NCBI RefSeq assembly: GCF_009914755.1
Contig: NC_060931.1
Origin: the human T2T-CHM13v2.0 reference genome, Homo sapiens
Length of the DNA: 64,000 nt
Strand: one strand, 5' to 3'
Shown: in pieces, positions 60,717 through 64,000 of the stretch
How positions within the stretch are numbered: position 1 is the stretch's first letter
Layout: every line of letters begins with the position of its first letter
The notes under the pieces: model-generated
Told to the model about the DNA's origin: nothing
Database searches by the model: none
The model's input: only the letters and a program-made list of their open reading frames with translations
Position numbers and translations under genes: made by a program

Positions 60717-61143
60717 TGTGAAGAGACCACCAAACAGGCTTTGTGTGAGCAATAAAGCTGTTTATTTCACCTGGGTGCCGGTGGGCTGAGTCCGAAAAGA
60801 GAGTCAGCGAAGGGAGATAGGGGTGGGGCCGTTTTATAGGATTTGGGTAGGTAAAGGAAAAAGGGGGGTTGTTCTCTGGTGGGCAGGAGTGGGGGTCACA
60901 AGGTGCTCAGTAGGGGAGCTTTTGAGCCAGGATGAGCCAGGAGAAGGAATTTCACAAGATAATGTCATCAGTTAAGGCAGGAACAGACCATTTACACTTA
61001 TTTTGTGGGGGAATGTCATCAGTTAAGGCAGGGCAGGGCATTTTCACTTCTTTTGTGATTCTTCAGTTACTTCAGGCCATCTGGGCGTATAAGTGCAAGT
61101 CACAGGGGATGCGATGGCTTGGCTTGGGCTCAGAGGTCTGACA
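60717..61143 (-). mobile_element. HERV-H 3' LTR (LTR7 family)
   Basis: Minus strand reads TGTCAGACCTCTGAGCCCAAGCCAAGCCATCGC...CCTATAAAACGGCCCCACCCC...AATAAACAGC...GGTCTCTTCACA; preceded by polypurine tract TAAGAAGGCAGGAA (61144-61157). Confidence 0.97.
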
Positions 61144-64000
61144 TTCCTGCCTTCTTATATTAATAAGAAAAACGAAACAAAATAGTGTTGAAGTGTTGGG
61201 GCAGCGAAAATTTTTGGGGGGTGGTATGGAGAGAGAGAATGGGCAATGTTTCTCAGGCCTGCTTTGAGCGGGATTAGGGGCGGCGTGGGAACCTAGAGTG
61301 GTAGAGATTAAGCTGAAGGAAGATTTTGTGGTAAGGGATGATATTGTGGGGTTGTTAGAGAAACATTTGTCATGTAGAATTATTGGTGATGGCCTGGATA
61401 TGGTTTTGTATGGATTGAAAAACTAAATGGAATAAGAGAAGGAGAAATACAGGTATTAAAGGACTAAGAATTGGGAGGACTTAGGACATCTAATTAGAGA
61501 GTGCTTAAAGAGGTTCAGCATAGCCTTGCCACCAAAGATTATTTATTTCCTTTAAGAGTTAAGAGTGGCAGTTTGGGGATAGCACCAGGAGATATCAGCT
61601 GTGATGGCTTGGAGAAACAGTGTAAACTGGCAGTGTAAACAAGAGCAGGGCATGTATGAGTAGTTGAGAACGGTGAATAGGAGTATGACTAGACAGAAAA
61701 TAGTAGGGATGACAAGTTTTTTGGAGCACAGTCTAAGTTGGTCTGGTGTCTGGGATGAGACTGGGGCCTAATAAAAAGGAGCATCTATACAGGAGCTCAA
61801 ATGGGCTGTAACCTGTAGCATTCTGAGGACAGGCCTGACTTCTGAGAAGGGAAAGTGGTAAAAGTATTGTCCAGTCCTTTTTAAGTTGGTGGCTGAGATT
61901 GGTGAGGTGTGTTTTTAAAAGACCTTTAGTCCGTTCTACTTTTCCTGAAGACTGAGGACTGTAAGGTATATAAAGGTTTCACTGAATACTAACAGCCTGA
62001 AAAAGTGCTTGGCTGATTTGACTAATAAAGGCTGGTCTGTTATCAGACTGTATAGAGGTGGGAAGGCTAAAATGAGGAATTGTGTCTGACAGAAAGGAAG
62101 AAATGACTGTGGTGGCCTTCTCAGACCCTGTAGGAAAGGCCCCTACCTATCCAGTGAAAGTGTCTACCTAGACTAAGAGGTATTTTAGTTATCTGACTTG
62201 GAGCATATTGAGTAAAGCTAATTTGCCAGTCCTGGGTGGGGGCAAATCCCTGAGCTTGATGTGTAGGGAAAGGAGGGGACCTGAATAATCCCTGAGAAGT
62301 AATAGAATAGCAGATGGAACACTGAGAAGTTATTTCCTTGAGGATAGATTTCCACTATGGAAAGGAAATGAGAGGTTTTAAGAGGCGCGCTAGTGGCTTG
62401 TACTATAGCATAGCCTGCCTTTGCTGGTGTGTGGCGATTAGGCCTGGCGGAACTGCCATCAATAAACTAAGTGTGATCAGGGTGAGGAACAGGAAAGAAG
62501 GAAATATGGGGAAATGGGGTGAACGTCAGGTGGATCAGAGCGAGGCAGTCATGAGGGTCAGGTGTGGTATCTGGAATAATGTGGGAGGCCGGATTGAAGT
62601 CTGGGCCAGGAACAATGGTAATTGTGGGAGACTTAACAAAGAGTGAGTATAGCTGAAGGAGCCGGGGAGCAGAAAGTATATGCATCAGGTGTGAGGAAGA
62701 AAATAGATTTTGGAAGTTATGAGAAATGGAGTGAGTTGAGCATAGTTTGTGATTTTTAGGGCCTCTAAAAGTATTAAGGTGGCAGCAGCCACTGCACGGA
62801 GACATGATGGCCAGCCTAAAACAGTAAGGTCAAGTTGTTTGGACAAAGGCTACAGGACGCGATCCCGGTCCTTGTGTAAGAATCCCGACTGCACAGCCCA
62901 GCACTTCGGCTGTGTGTAATGAAAAGGGTTGCGATGAGTCAGGGAGAGCTAGGGTGAGGGCAGTCTCTAAAGCTGTCTTCAAGGAACGGAATGAGGCGTG
63001 GGGAAAGGATTTAGGATCTATGGGGTCAGCTAGGTTTCCTTTTCTGAGTTTATGTAATGGTTTTGTTAAGATGGCAAAACCAGGTATCCAAAGGCAAAAG
63101 TATCCAACCATGCCCAGGAAGGAAAGGAGTTGTTGTTTTGTAGAATGGATTGAGGCTTGGGAGATTAGTGGGACACGATCAGCAGGGAGAGCACATGTGT
63201 TTTTGCGAGAATTATGCCGAGATAGGTAACAGGTGAGGAAGAAATTTGGGCTTGACTGAAGTAATGGGGCTATCTGTGAAGCTTTGCGGCAGTACAGCCC
63301 AGGTAATTTGCTGACCCTGATGTCAGGGTCAGTCCAAGTGAAAGCGAAGAGAGACTGGGATGAAGGGTGCAAAGGAATAGCAAAGAAAGCATGTTTGAGA
63401 TCTAGAACAGAATAATGGATTATGGAGGGAAGTATTGAGGATATGAGAGTATATGGGTTTGGCACCACAGGGTGGATAGGCAAAACAATTTGGTTGATAA
63501 GGCGCAGATCCTGAACTAACCTGTAAGTCTTGTCTGGTTTTAGGACAGGTAAAATGGGGGAATTGTAAGGAGAGTTTATAGGCTTTAAAAGGCCATGCTG
63601 TAACAGGTGAGTGAAAACAGACTTTAATCATTTTAAACTGTGGGATGGGATATTGGCATTGAGCGAGGTAAGGGTGATTAGATTTTAATGAGATGGTAAG
63701 GGGTGCATGATCGGTCACCAAGGAGGGAGTAGAGGTATCTTATACTTGTGTGTTAAGGTGGGGGGATACAAGAGGAGGACGCAAAGGAGGCTTTGGATTG
63801 GGAAGAAGGGCGGTAATGTGATGCAGCTGTAGTCCAGGAATAGTCAGGGAAGCAGATAATTTAGTTAAAGTGTCTCAGCCTAATAAGGGGACTGGGCAGG
63901 TGGGGATAACTAAAAAGGAGTGCTTAAAAGAGTACTGTCTAAGTTGGCACCAGAGTTGGGGAGTTTTAAGAGGTTTAGAAGCCTGGCTGTCAATACCCAC
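61144..64000 (-). mobile_element. HERV-H internal region (deleted pol, env remnant), continues beyond window
   Basis: Contiguous with the LTR and PPT; C-rich minus strand typical of HERV-H; only ~1.7 kb between the RT ORF and the LTR, so most of env is absent. Confidence 0.95.
62830..63721 (-). pseudogene. pol: HERV-H pol (reverse transcriptase/connection) remnant
   Basis: 'QYPIPQ', 'PVVPNPYTL..YSVLDLKHAFFAIPLHPSSQSLFAFTWTDP', 'LLSFLGMVGYF..WIPGFA' and 'LALPDSSQPFSLHTAE'; frameshifted, YxDD segment absent. Confidence 0.92.

Overview
AT-rich, CpG-poor primate (very likely human) intergenic or deep-intronic DNA. It is not prokaryotic, and no host protein-coding exon, RNA gene or CRISPR array can be supported. 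Roughly half of the window is transposable-element sequence. The main elements are a near full-length L1PA11-13-like LINE (20347-27205), an ORF1-deleted L1PA15-17-like LINE (52331-57570), a fragmented minus-strand L1MB-type LINE (7458-14095), about 15 Alus, several MaLR/ERV LTRs, MER5A and MADE1 DNA-transposon remnants, MIR/L2 relics, and the 3' part of a minus-strand HERV-H provirus with its LTR7-family 3' LTR (60717-64000). The only ORFs with recognisable products are decayed L1 ORF1/ORF2 and HERV-H pol fragments. I found no convincing new biological system. The most unusual structures visible in the sequence are: two local templated insertions with junction microhomology about 2 kb apart (a direct + inverted self-copy inside the L1, and a ~100-bp copy of one MLT1 LTR inside a neighbouring MLT1), a HERV-H LTR ending prematurely at an internal CA, an L1 whose ORF1 deletion ends at an AG-homologous position (possible spliced L1), and a tandem MADE1 pair with a near-perfect SETMAR site. 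Repeat subfamily names come from recalled consensus sequences and need RepeatMasker/Dfam confirmation.
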